NCBI RefSeq assembly: GCF_035084215.1
Contig: NC_090340.1
Location: 34,348,001 to 34,412,000 of the forward strand
DNA: 64,000 bases
Source: Heptranchias perlo
Lineage: Eukaryota
Direction of reading: 5' to 3'
Position numbers and translations under genes: made by a program. The notes below the pieces were generated by a model. It was given only the letters and a program-made list of their open reading frames with translations. It ran no database searches and was not told the DNA's origin. Positions 28,801-39,666 of the stretch are shown here, in pieces. Position 1 is the first letter of the stretch. The number at the start of each line of letters is the position of its first letter.

Positions 28801-29050
28801 GCTTGAGTTGTGGCCGCAGCAGGTGACACAGTTCAGTAACAGCTTCCTTGGTGAAGCAAAGAAACCTGAGATATTACTCCTGAGTAAAGTTAGTGTAGGA
28901 GAAATGCTCTCTGAATACCCATGGGTATGGCCTCCTGCACATTGTCCTCCTCCTCTCTCTTCTGGCAGCTGCTCCTGCTTTGCGGTGTCTTCCTTGTTGC
29001 TCCCCCTTGTCCTCTAGCCCTGAAGGCAGCCCTATGAGACCATCCATGAC
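25890..29050 (-). pseudogene. HARBI1-like Harbinger DDE transposase remnant
   Basis: PVKVTVPLNLYATGSFQAATGDI; AGFPKVQGTIDWRHIAL; SLNVQLICD..ARYPG; after the CR1, ILRQSSVP..LGDKG..WLMTP..VCCM. Confidence 0.85.
26308..28478 (-). mobile_element. CR1 LINE, 2.2 kb, 5'-truncated, inserted into the Harbinger transposase
   Basis: Successive minus ORFs: PGPDGL, DWKVANVTPLLKKG..GNYRPVSLTS, SQHGF, GVPQGSVLG, LVRPHLE; taagaacataagaa tail; flanks rejoin in transposase frame. Confidence 0.95.
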
Positions 29051-29744
29051 TGCAGTCAAACTAGTTATGAGGCAGCCAACAACATACAACACGAGCAAAA
29101 TCATTCTCTGTTTACACAAAGTGAACTTTCCAGAGTGATAAAACACGGCAAAAAACATCCAGAAGTTAACTAGCAGCCTGAAATGAGACACCAGCAAGTA
29201 AGTATGCATGATCCCTTTAAATAGTGCTGGTGAGAGGGCCTTCCTGCCGGTTAATGCCATGTTGTGCTGTGCGAGTTCAACACATGGCGAGCGAAGTGCT
29301 GGGGTATTCAAAATTGGAAAACGTCCTGCAAAGAACGCAGGACCCCAATTTGAATAGATTACTCTCAGCACAACCACTTTCAACAGTATGGCAGGTATGG
29401 AAGTGCGCCACCCTATTGGGACCTTAGTAGGCCGGTTAGCGCCCAAAAAACAAGCGCTGCATGGCCAAATTTCTAGGCCATTGTCCCAGAGGTTTTCTCA
29501 TGATTAGCAGTAGATGCTAAAGTGAGGCAGTGTTGGTATCTAAGTTTTTTTTTAATGATTGTATGTCTTACTGCAATCCAGAGGATCGATTGATACCCTG
29601 CCGAAGCTATTGGCTGTCTACAAAGTAAAACCTAGAAAGTCTGTCTTAAATATTTGAAGCTTTTTCCATTAAATACAGATCTCACAAGTCCATAAAACCA
29701 CAAGTCTCCCATTATCAGTATAGCAATAAACAACAAGTGTATCT

Positions 29745-30245
29745 GACCTCTTTGTCCTCGGCCTCTTACATTTGTTCCAATGAAGCTCAACATAAGCTCG
29801 AGGAACAGCACCTCATCTTTCGTTCAGGCACTTTACAACCTTCTGGACTCAACACTGATTTCAATAACTTCAGATCATAATCACTGCTCCCATTTTTTCG
29901 GTCAGCTAGTGCTGGTAATGGTTCTGCTGCTGCCATTTACAACTGCTACTGATCAATCTTTTGTTTCTTAACCTGTCCCATTACCACCCTCCTTGCCTTG
30001 AACCATCATCCCTTTTGTCATTTAATCACTCTTACCCTCCACCCTATTATAGAACTTCCCTTTTGTTCTTTCCTCCTCCGCCCCCACCCCCCCTTTCCCT
30101 GGCTCTGTACTTGCTTAAAAACTTTAACTCTTTAACATCTTCCAGTTCTGACGAAAGGTCTTCGACCTGAAACGTTAACTCTGTTTCTTTCTCCACAGAT
30201 GCTGCCTGACTTGCTGAGCTTCTCCAGCACTTTTTGTTTTTATAA
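29745..30245 (+). mobile_element. Penelope-like element 3' end (GIY-YIG C-terminus plus pLTR), second family
   Basis: KLEEQHLIFR.GTLQPSGLN.DFNNFR followed by a 3' region with a hammerhead motif and cagatgctgcctgac..gctgag tail. Confidence 0.8.
30144..30180 (+). ncRNA. Minimal hammerhead ribozyme motif
   Basis: agtt-CTGACGA-a-aggtc(ttc)gacct-GAAA-cg-TT-aact; palindrome AACGTT. Confidence 0.7.
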
Positions 30246-31204
30246 CAACCAGTGTATGTTTCGTTTTGCGGGTAAGGGCATTTTTCTCTAAATTATTTTT
30301 TTTTTAAAACTACATTCTTTACTCAACAATACACTGAGCCTGGGGGCTGAATGGAGTGAAGGACAGAACGAGTGTTCACTGCTGTGCTGCAACACATTGA
30401 TTGCAGTTGAACCCAAAATGCACCCTTGTTGCCAAAACAGAGTAACTGCATAGTGTGTGGAGTACCCTCATCTTTTTCACTGTAGAAGTGCTGTTTACCA
30501 ATGATCTTCTGGCTGCTGGGTATTAGCAATGATTAACAGCATTGTGTACACTTGCATTATGAAGCAATAATGTTAGAGTTCTGTTGTGTAAGGAATTACT
30601 TGAATGTTTATGCAATGCGTTTGCCATTTAGGATATTCAATAACATTCGGATATTAAACTATTCTGGAAAAATAGTCTCATATTCTATACATGTTTTGGT
30701 AATTCCTTCACCAGGATCGATTTATAAAAGTCAGATCAATTCAATAAGGTTCCCTCCCAGGCTTTCCTATGCATAAAAACCATCAGTGTTTTAAACTGAC
30801 AGTCAGTACTTCAACCAATGTGTCAGCTTGTCAGTGTTTCACAAGAAAAATGAGATCTTTCATTGGGGTTGGAGGTTATTAGTCTCAAACAATCAGATCA
30901 ATTGGAGGGTGGGACTGGAGCCTGTCAAAAGCAAATGTTACTTTCTGCCACTGTTGGTTGAATGCAAATTTGAGGTAGGAGTTTTAAAATAAACTGATGA
31001 TGAACATATATTTTCAACAGGTTGCAACTACTTTTTTTGAGATGAGGGATGTCTCCTCAATGTCAATACATTAACTGATTTCATATTTGAGTACTTCTGT
31101 CATTGTACTTTGCAGAATTGTCAGGGTTTGGAAATAAAATTGGGAGTGGGGTTAGATTGGTGATGAGTTACACTTAATTTATTTAAAAATTGCACTGACT
31201 CTCC

Positions 31205-31371
31205 CATAGAATCATAGAATCATAGAAGTTTACAACATGGAAACAGGCCCTTCGGCCCAACATGTCCATGTCGCCCAGTTTATACCACTAAGCTAGTCCC
31301 AGTTGCCTGCACTTGGCCCATATCCCTCTATACCCATCTTACCCATGTAACTGTCCAAATGCTAACTGTCC
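31205..31371 (-). mobile_element. Very short CR1 3' end
   Basis: (catagaat)n tail plus ggcccttcggccca stem; followed by templated local DNA. Confidence 0.8.
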
Positions 31372-31469
31372 AAGTGCTGTTTACCAATGATCTTCTGGCT
31401 GCTGGGTATTAGCAATGATTAACAGCATTGTGTACACTTGCACTATTTTTCCAGAATAGTTTAATATCC
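31372..31469. repeat. Local templated duplication: 71 bp direct copy of 30486-30556 plus 28 bp inverted copy of 30649-30676
   Basis: Both pieces are identical to their sources by base-by-base comparison. Confidence 0.95.
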
Positions 31470-31544
31470 ATAGTTAGGATTTTTACTACAGCATATAATT
31501 GTGATATGTAGGTCAGACCTTTGGCCTATTTTAATGAGTTGTAG

Positions 31545-31770
31545 TTTTTTTTTTTTTTTATTCGTTCATGGGATGTGGGCGTCGCTGACGAGGCCAGCAT
31601 TTATTGCCCATCCCTAATTGCCCTCGAGAAGGTGGTGGTGAGCCGCCTTCTTGAACCGCTGCAGTCCGTGTGGTATTCTTATTCTGACTTTTCGTTGCGA
31701 GATTTTACAACTGAGTGGCTTGCTAGGCCATTTCAGAGGGCAATTAAGAATCAACCACATTGCTGTAGTG
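31545..31770 (-). mobile_element. LINE 3' tail (same family as 20125-21300)
   Basis: Poly(T)-attcgttcatgggatgtgggcgtcgctg..ccagcatttattgcccatccctaattgccct. Confidence 0.85.
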
Positions 31771-34462
31771 CATGGTTATGTTCTGTAACTTTTATGGATA
31801 TTTTCAGTTTGTTTATTTGCTTGTGGTGGAGGTTGCTTTGTTAGAGTGTAGTAACCATCCATTTTAGAGCAGTTACCATCCATACAAATTGTAAGCAGTG
31901 ACATTAAGATTCAGTAAGATTGCAAACCCCAGACTGGAAACACTCGGTTGGTCAGCTGAGAACACAAAATTCAGCTTCCCGTGACTCTTCCAGGACTTTT
32001 GTTTTTCGAAAAACTGTATAATTACAGTGTGTAATGATTCTTATTTTCAATGCAAGAAAACAAAACCTTTTTGACTGGGTCAAAGGAGAAAAGTAGATCA
32101 GAAATTTCTTTTAAATGTATTAAAGCCTTCATGAAATAGTGGATAGAGGAATGTTATACGAACCAATTAAGCATTTATTTGGTATTATTGGCAACAGTAG
32201 TTTCCAGCCTTATGTTTGTGTTTTAAAAACAGAAAATGTTTGAGAGGTACAGCAAGTTGATCAGCATCCAAACAGGAAAAGACAGATCTGTTTGACAATT
32301 CGCCAAAACTCGCTTCTAAGGTTTTGCTTCAATGATACTGATTCACTTTTATTCCCCCTGAAGCTACTTAAAAATATATTTTTTTAAATTTAAAACAGCT
32401 TACCCTCAATCCCTGTCTGTCTCTGGGCTGTAATGTGGTCTAAGACAGAGACTGATGTGGTCTAAGACAGGGATGGATGTGCCAGTGAGCCACATATAAT
32501 GCTGGTTGAAACTATTGTGGGTGCATGTTGTAAGAGGTTTCAGTTCACAGATTAAGATGGTATTACTGGGGTTAGATTTTCAATGAAAGACCAGGACCAT
32601 GTAAAATTGCACTAAAGTCCCTACAATTGCTTTTATTTGCAGAAAATTGTTTTTTGCTTGAAAGATGGAATTACAGTAAACTTCAAAATACATAAATCAT
32701 ATTTTGGGAGTGGGGTCACGTCTAAAGACCCCTCTTGATAATAAATCTTAAACCTTCTGGCCACATACTCCCCTTCAGTAATTTCTAAATTCGTCATTAC
32801 TATAAACTGTGCATGTTCTTTTCTCCTGTGATAGGAGTGCTGGAATAGGTCTTCCTGTAGCTCAGGATGTGATATGTCTGTGCCCTGCTGTACTTTCAGT
32901 CTATCTCCTTGTCTTCATAATTCTCAAGGCTTATGTTCAGGCCTGTTTTTGCACTGTTGATGTTTTGCTAGTTTGCTTTTCTGCAATCTGTCTCATGCTG
33001 CTCATCTAAACAAATTAATCCTGGTGAAAATTATTTCTGCAGAGATCTTGGTATAATTGTTTCTGGCTTCCAAAGAACAATTTGTAACCTCATTCCAGCC
33101 AAAATCCGTTTCAGGAAATGCCAAGCAATTATCAAATCACCCGTGACTGGCTCAGCTGTTGAAATACTGCCTTGTCTCATTTCTGCAGTTTTTGGTTTTA
33201 GCCACAATTTTGGTTAAACTTACTGGTTCTACTATTTTTCACCTCAAGTATTTCCTCACAAGTTAAACAATCATTTCAGTCTCAGATATCCATTGGTTAT
33301 ACCTCCACTATTAAAAATGTCACACAATCCGGGAGGGTTGGTAACCCTAAGTTTGAGGTTGGTAGGATGTGCTCAAAGTGCGTACTGCAAAGTTTATATG
33401 TATATTGTTTCTCCCTATAATTAAGATTTATGGTCCATTAAACTGAACGGAGAGATCAGCGCAAAGAAGGCACTTTGCGCACAAGCAGCATTGGAAGGTG
33501 GGAATTCATGCGAGGACTGGCTGGCTGTCACAGCCTCTCATCACCCTCGTTGGCTCGTTCTTTTTTAATTTCCCTGCCCACGGGCTACTGTTTACTTGTC
33601 CCTTTTTAATTCTGATGCATTGGATTTACTGCTTTATTTTGATTCCATTTGCTGAGCAGTCTCTCTCTCTCTTTTATTTACTGTTAAACTGGTGAATGGT
33701 TATTTCACCCCCATCCAACCCAATGCAGCAGAAATCTCTGGGAGTGCAGATTTCAGTCGGCACTTCAAGGACATTCAGTGAGTGATTGTCTCTAGTGTTG
33801 CGGGAGTGAGGTGCATTGAGTAGAGTCTGGGTAACCCATTTCCTGAGCTGTTTTTTCGGTAACTGTTGAACATTTTTTCTTTATCAAGAGAGAAGCTTTC
33901 ACGGTTCCAAATCCTTTTCCCCTCACATTCACTGTCTTTCTTTCACATTCCCAGTATTTTCCCCTCACATTCCCTGTATTTTTCATCACTTCTCAATGCC
34001 ACCCTTTGCCTTTGCCATTATCCTGGTCCTTCCTCTATCCTTTCCTGTCAATCAATTGCCCCCACAAGACCAATCTGGTCCAGTTCCCTTTTCAGGACTC
34101 TGTGTGGGTAATTTAAATATTTGTGGCAATATTTCCCAGGTGTTCTCCCTCTCAAGTCTGAGGCACGCAGGCACAAAGTTTTGCTTTTCTCCCAGGTTAC
34201 TAGCCCGGGAGAGCAACCATCAATTCCAGGAGACTCAGTTAACAACCCTACATGTGAACCTTTTACTGAGGGTGTGGCAAGCTGTTCTGTTTCACCTGAC
34301 ATGCATTTTATAGCAGGGTCACAATAACAATTCATTGAGGGAAGGAAACTGGCAGATTATTTCCCCTCCATTCCCCCAATCCAAGGACATAAGGGGCAAT
34401 TGTTGCCCCACCCTCTCCCTCCCCATGTCTTGGCTGAAATCAGCAAATTCATTACACACTTG

Positions 34463-36730
34463 GGCCCCGATATTACCAGGGCGGCGGGATGGCAGCGGCG
34501 GGGGGGTGGGGGGAAACGACTGGGCGCGTGGGTAACCCGCCCAGTGAAATCCGTCCGTTCCCCACGCGATCGTGGATAAACTGAAGCCACTTAACGCATC
34601 ACAAGCTGTCAGCTGGAGGAGCCCTATTTAAAGGGGCAGTCCTCCAATGCTGCTCCTGCAGCAAAGAACCAGAATTATAGAATGGAGCAGCCCAGGGGAA
34701 AGGCTGCTCCCAGATTTACTGATGCCTCACTCCAGGTCTTACCGGATGGGGTGAGGAGGAGGAGGGATATTTTCTACCCAGTGGATGGGAGGAAGTGGCC
34801 TGTCTCTGCCACCAAGAAAGCCTGGCTCGAGGTGGCAGAGGAGGTCACTAGCAGCAGCAACGTGTCCCGCATATAGATTCAATGCAGGAAGCGCTTCAGT
34901 GACCTAACTAGGTCAGCCAAAGTGAGTACACTTACTCATTCTCCTACACTCCAACTTCCACATCACCACTCCCACCCCACAACTCATTCTGTACATGCCA
35001 ACGCTACTCTATCACATCACTCCTCACACCCACTCAAAGCTCATCCTCAACTTACCTGCACTTACTCACCTCCCCAGTAGTCATCCCACCACTACCACTC
35101 AACCCAATCGTCATACAATGTCATGGCTCTGTCTCATACCCTCTGATCCATCTCTTTCACGGTCAGCCTCACCCAAACCAATGCATCCAGCAGTTGCCAC
35201 GTCACCATCCCTTACTCACGCCTCTCTACTTTCTCCCCTTATAGAAGAAGAGAGCCCAGAATGCACGGGAGAGGGCGAAGACCGGAGGGGGTCCGCAACA
35301 TCAGGTCGTCCTCACGAATGCGAAGCAGGAGGCTCTCGAATTGAGCCGCACCCTCGAGTGCCTGTCCGTCGGGGACGTCGAGACTGCCACCCGACAAACG
35401 GCTGGTGACAGAACTTTAACATTCAGCACTCACAATAGCAAATGATGTTAACATGCCTTGCCATCTTCAGCACCTCAACATCTGTCATCATGCTTAATAT
35501 TGCCTTCTGTTCACTTACAGGGCCTTCAGCGACCGCCGTGACTGTGGAGGGCGATTCCTCAGAGGACCCGCTGGCCTCTAAGGGAGCATCGACACATCTG
35601 ACCGAGCCATCCACCAGCGCAGATACACACACCTCGGTGGGTCCCCGTCCTCACTTAGTTGGGATCGCACATGGTGAGTCACCACACACGTGAGCACAAG
35701 CAGACACTGGTGGCAGGGGCAGCTGTGGAGAGTCCGCGTCAGTGGGAGCACTCTTCTCCAGGCTCTGCTCAGCTGGACACAGATGCTGAACCCTGGGGGC
35801 CATCCTTTAAAAGGAGAATGATTGAGGGGCAGCAGCACATTTGCAAGGTGCTGGAACAGGTGCCACGGGCACTCTCCACAATCGCGCAGAGGATGGAGGA
35901 GTCCAACTCCTGCATAAGTGGAATGGTGGCACAGGTACAGGAGGGAATCTCTGAGATACTGTCATGAGGACGTGAGGGCATCTCTGAGATAGTGTCTTGG
36001 GTAAGTGCGTGAATGTCTGCGATGGAGGGAAGGCTAGCCTCCATCGAGCTTCAAGCACAGCTCACCAATGAGTCCATTGAAGCCCTGACAACGGCCCTTC
36101 GGACTCAGGGTGAGCAACATTCTGCCACCTTAAACAGGCAGGCAGATACACTAGCACTGGCCTTACAAGGTTTCACACATGTCCTCCAAACTGTCATCCA
36201 GCAGGGTGGTAGGAGTGATGTGGGCCTGGCCCAGGAGAGGGATCATGGCGAAAGGGGACATGGAAGTGGGGACGCCACTTAAAGCGCTCTCACGTCTCAC
36301 CCGTTGCCCCCCTCCCAACCAGCACCCGCAATGCTGCCTCCTCTCCAGGTGGTCGAGTCTGCCCCTGCACAGGTGCAGCTGGAGCAATCTTTGAAGGGGC
36401 CCTCACAGGCACCGAAATGCAGAGGGCTTAGGCCCAAAGCATCTTATCGGTCAGAGCATGAACAAGAGCAACCTGCCACTACCTCTGCTGCAGCCACTGG
36501 GGAAGCACCATGTAGGAGTACTCGTAAGCATAAGGCAAAGATTTTGTGAGCACAAAGGGGATGCTGGTGGGAGTACTGCATGCGGGAGCTGCGCACGCAC
36601 CCGAACGCGTCATTAGGGAACCCGGAAGTGAGCGGGTTGGAGCCGGGCTCCGAACCCGCTCCGGGATTCCGCCATTTTCGGAGCCCCCCCGCTCCCAACG
36701 TACCCGCTTGGCCATCTGAAAATCGGTCCC
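34463..36730. mobile_element. Non-autonomous Harbinger derivative carrying only the Myb/SANT gene
   Basis: Imperfect TIRs ggccccgatatt / aaaatcggtccc; 3-bp TSD TTG; inserted into a SINE; no transposase. Confidence 0.85.
34682..36549 (+). pseudogene. Three-exon Myb/SANT-like (MSANTD/NAIF1-like) gene with coiled-coil, lightly decayed
   Basis: Exons 34682-34921 (PRFTDASLQVL..KKAWLEVAEEV..QCRKRFSDL; GTgagt), 35245-35404 (KKRAQNARERAKTGGGP) and 35521-36549; GT-AG and phase-compatible; several stops and one frameshift; TATA-like ctatttaaa near 34624. Confidence 0.85.
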
Positions 36731-37457
36731 TTGGAATTAAACCTGGGACCTTCCTGATCTGTATGGCTCAGTACCACTCCTTGCATTTACCCATTTGTTT
36801 CATAAATCAAATAAATCTTAACTCAGGGCTTATCACTCATGACTTATGTAGTCAGTTTCATGAGTGGAATATAGCTGTTATTTGTAATTGATGCATGAAT
36901 TTGAATATAAAAATTTGGAGACATTCCTTTAACACCAGTAAGTACTTTATTATTGCTTTAATTAACTGGTTAGATCTAGACTGAAATTAGTCAGTAAGAT
37001 GTTAGCAGCAGCTGCTTAAAAGTGCTGTATTTAAAGTTGAAACCATATATTAAAACTAGCTATTTTCCCTTTATTGTTTGATGCTGGATTATTAGGAACC
37101 CAAACAATGATTTAACAAGAGCAACACAGAATTCAAACAGTCACTGCTCAGGACTTTTACTGCAACCAGCTGGAAGACAAAAATGGCCTCATGTCCTCTT
37201 CTCTCGTGATACTTTCACTGTGAGTATATTTGCATAATAAAAGATGTTATCATATTATTGTAGCTATTGCTAACCTCAGGGACTTGCAGAACTTTTGATT
37301 TAAATTTTTATATACCGCAAAGGTCATCTAACCCCATCTATTTGAAAGCATGCATTATTTTAGGTTCTCTGCCTTGTTCCTATTTTTTGTGCACTTCAAC
37401 TGCTTGCTCATTATCATGGTCAATTCTTTATCCTTTGTTTCTCTCACATTTCCAGCA

Positions 37458-38139
37458 TGGCTCCATCTAGGAATGAAAAGAATGGCTGAGCTTGAGAAAA
37501 GCAAGAGGGGTGAAAACAATTTGACTATTTAATATGCCAGTAGAGCCAAGATTAATATTTTCTGGAATATTGCACAGCTGATATGTTTCTAAGTAGTTAG
37601 TAAATACTTTCTAAGCATTAATGTTTAGAACTCAGCAATATAAACTAAATGGTTTTAAAGGGGGTGCAAGAACAGAGAGAGCAGGGGTTCATATACACAA
37701 ATCTTTGAAGGTGGCAGGACAAGTTGATAAGGCTGTTAAAAAAGCATATGATATCCTTGGCTTTATAAATAGAGGCATAGAGTACAAAAACAAGAAATTT
37801 AGGCTAACCCTTTATAAATCACTGGTTATGCCTCAATTGGAGTATTGTGTCCCATTCTGGGCACCATACTTTAGGAAGGATGTTAAGGCCTTGGAGAGGG
37901 TGCATGATGAGATTTACTAGGATAGTACTAGGGATGAGGGACTTAAGTTATCTGGTGAGACTGGAGAAACTGGGGTTGTTCTCCTTAGTTCAGAGAAGGT
38001 TAAGGGGAGATTCAGAATTATGAAGAGCTTTGATAGAGTGGATAGTGAGAAACTATTTCCATTGGCAAAAGGGTCGGTAATCAGTGGACACAGATTTAAG
38101 ATAATTGGCAAAAGAACCAGTCTTATTCTGGTGAAAAGT
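37458..38139 (+). repeat. Composite repeat: about 175 bp non-LINE leader plus internal CR1 fragment; inverted twin at 55973-56697
   Basis: ORF 37621-37920 is CR1 (LYKSLVMPQLEYCVPFWAP); the leader and both CR1 junctions are shared with the twin. Confidence 0.8.
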
Positions 38140-38789
38140 AATTCTTTTTGCAAAAGGTGACGTGCCTGTTCTGAAAGATTTTTTTTAAGAAGTATTTCAA
38201 AGGGCTAATACTGCAACCAACTGATTAAAAACAATCCATTACCCTGCTTCACTCTTCATAATGGTTTACTTGTTGAATAAAGAGTCTGCTGAATTCTCTT
38301 TTAAGGAATTTCTTTATTAAGAGTTTTAAAAATGATAAAGGTGCATCTTTGAAGTAATTAACTTGAAAGTTTCAAGACAGTTTTTGATAATCAAATGAGT
38401 GTCTACTGCAGACTAGACTCATTAGTCTCCACCCTTTCAGTAAATAGCTGCCCAGAGCCTGCCTGAATATTTACCATTTAAAAGTCCCTTATAGCATTTA
38501 AAAGCAGGATAACATGCTATTCAAACTGCAGCAGTAATCACAGGATTTTAAGTTGTTTGTTTTAGATTTTCTGGATGTTTGAGATTTTGTTTGCTGTTAT
38601 TTCAATATCCTGTTTACTGAATGTTACCTATCATCATCTACGGTTTGCCTTGATGACAAGATACAGCGCTCATATCACCTAGCAGGTGTGATAATCACCC
38701 ATTGATCAATAAGGCCACTGACTAGCAGTTCAGACATCATGGGATGGCTATAGTTTAGATCTTTAATTCTGCCTGCCTTCCTGTCCCAT

Positions 38790-38950
38790 TCCACCCCGAC
38801 CTGCCTCTCAATCCCAGAATAAACAAAAAGATTTCCGATGAAGGATGCAATCCTGAAACATCAATTTGTTGGCTCTCTTCACAGATGCTGACTGTCCTAC
38901 ATTTTCTGTTTTAGTTTCAGATTTCCAGCATCTGCAGCTTTTTGGTTTTT
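38790..38950 (+). mobile_element. Degenerate PLE pLTR fragment with decayed hammerhead motif
   Basis: ccgatga-aggat(gca)atcct-gaaa then cagatgctg..ttcagatttccagcatctgca; related pieces at 40800-40872 (-) and 56957-57020. Confidence 0.6.
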
Positions 38951-39620
38951 ATTCCCCTCCCCCCCCCCCCCCATATCAACTTTCTCTATTCCCATAACAA
39001 AATTTCACTTTGCAGGGATGGCTGTAACTAGGAAAATTCTCAATAGCATCCACTGACACTTGCTGATAGAATGAGAGCGGTAGCGAGGAAAGATTTACGG
39101 GAGCAGATTGGACGGGAGGCAAATCAATTGGTCAGGACGGGGACTAAGAATCTTCAGGGGGACCAGTCATTAAAGATTCTAGCACTGAGGATCAGAGCCA
39201 GGCAATAGGAATCAGAGTAAATATGTGGAATAAATTCCTACCTTCTGTAGGCACCTCAGAATCTGAGGCAGCAGGGATTTGAAAATGAGGAAAATAAAGA
39301 ACAGAGGAGGGGAGTGAAAGAAACGATTGAGGAGGAAGGAATAGAGATAATTAAACAGAAATAACAGCACAGAGTCAGAAAACAGACAGGAGATACAAGA
39401 GGAAAGCAATGTAAAGGTAGAATCATGTTAGAAATATTAGATTGGCATATTTGCATCCATATACACACAAAAATACTTGTACACATGGAGGACACAATGG
39501 CATAATTGGTAATGCATTGTCATAATATTACTCATTTCATCTACCCCTAGAATATTTTCAACTTTTACACGAAACAAAAGAAATTAAAAATATAAAGCTG
39601 AAAAAGCCCCCCAAATTTCC

Positions 39621-39666
39621 GTGCGTGTGTGTGTGCGTGTGTGTGTGCGTGTGCGTGTGTGTGTGA
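39621..39666. repeat. (TG)n/(TGCG) microsatellite
   Basis: Seen directly in the sequence. Confidence 0.95.

Larger units (their letters stand above)
23535..29479. mobile_element. PIF/Harbinger transposon: decayed Myb/SANT gene (+) and DDE transposase (-), convergent, interrupted by CR1
   Basis: Imperfect TIRs gggctggatttt / aatttctaggcc; both coding remnants are described separately; TSD not recognisable. Confidence 0.8.
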
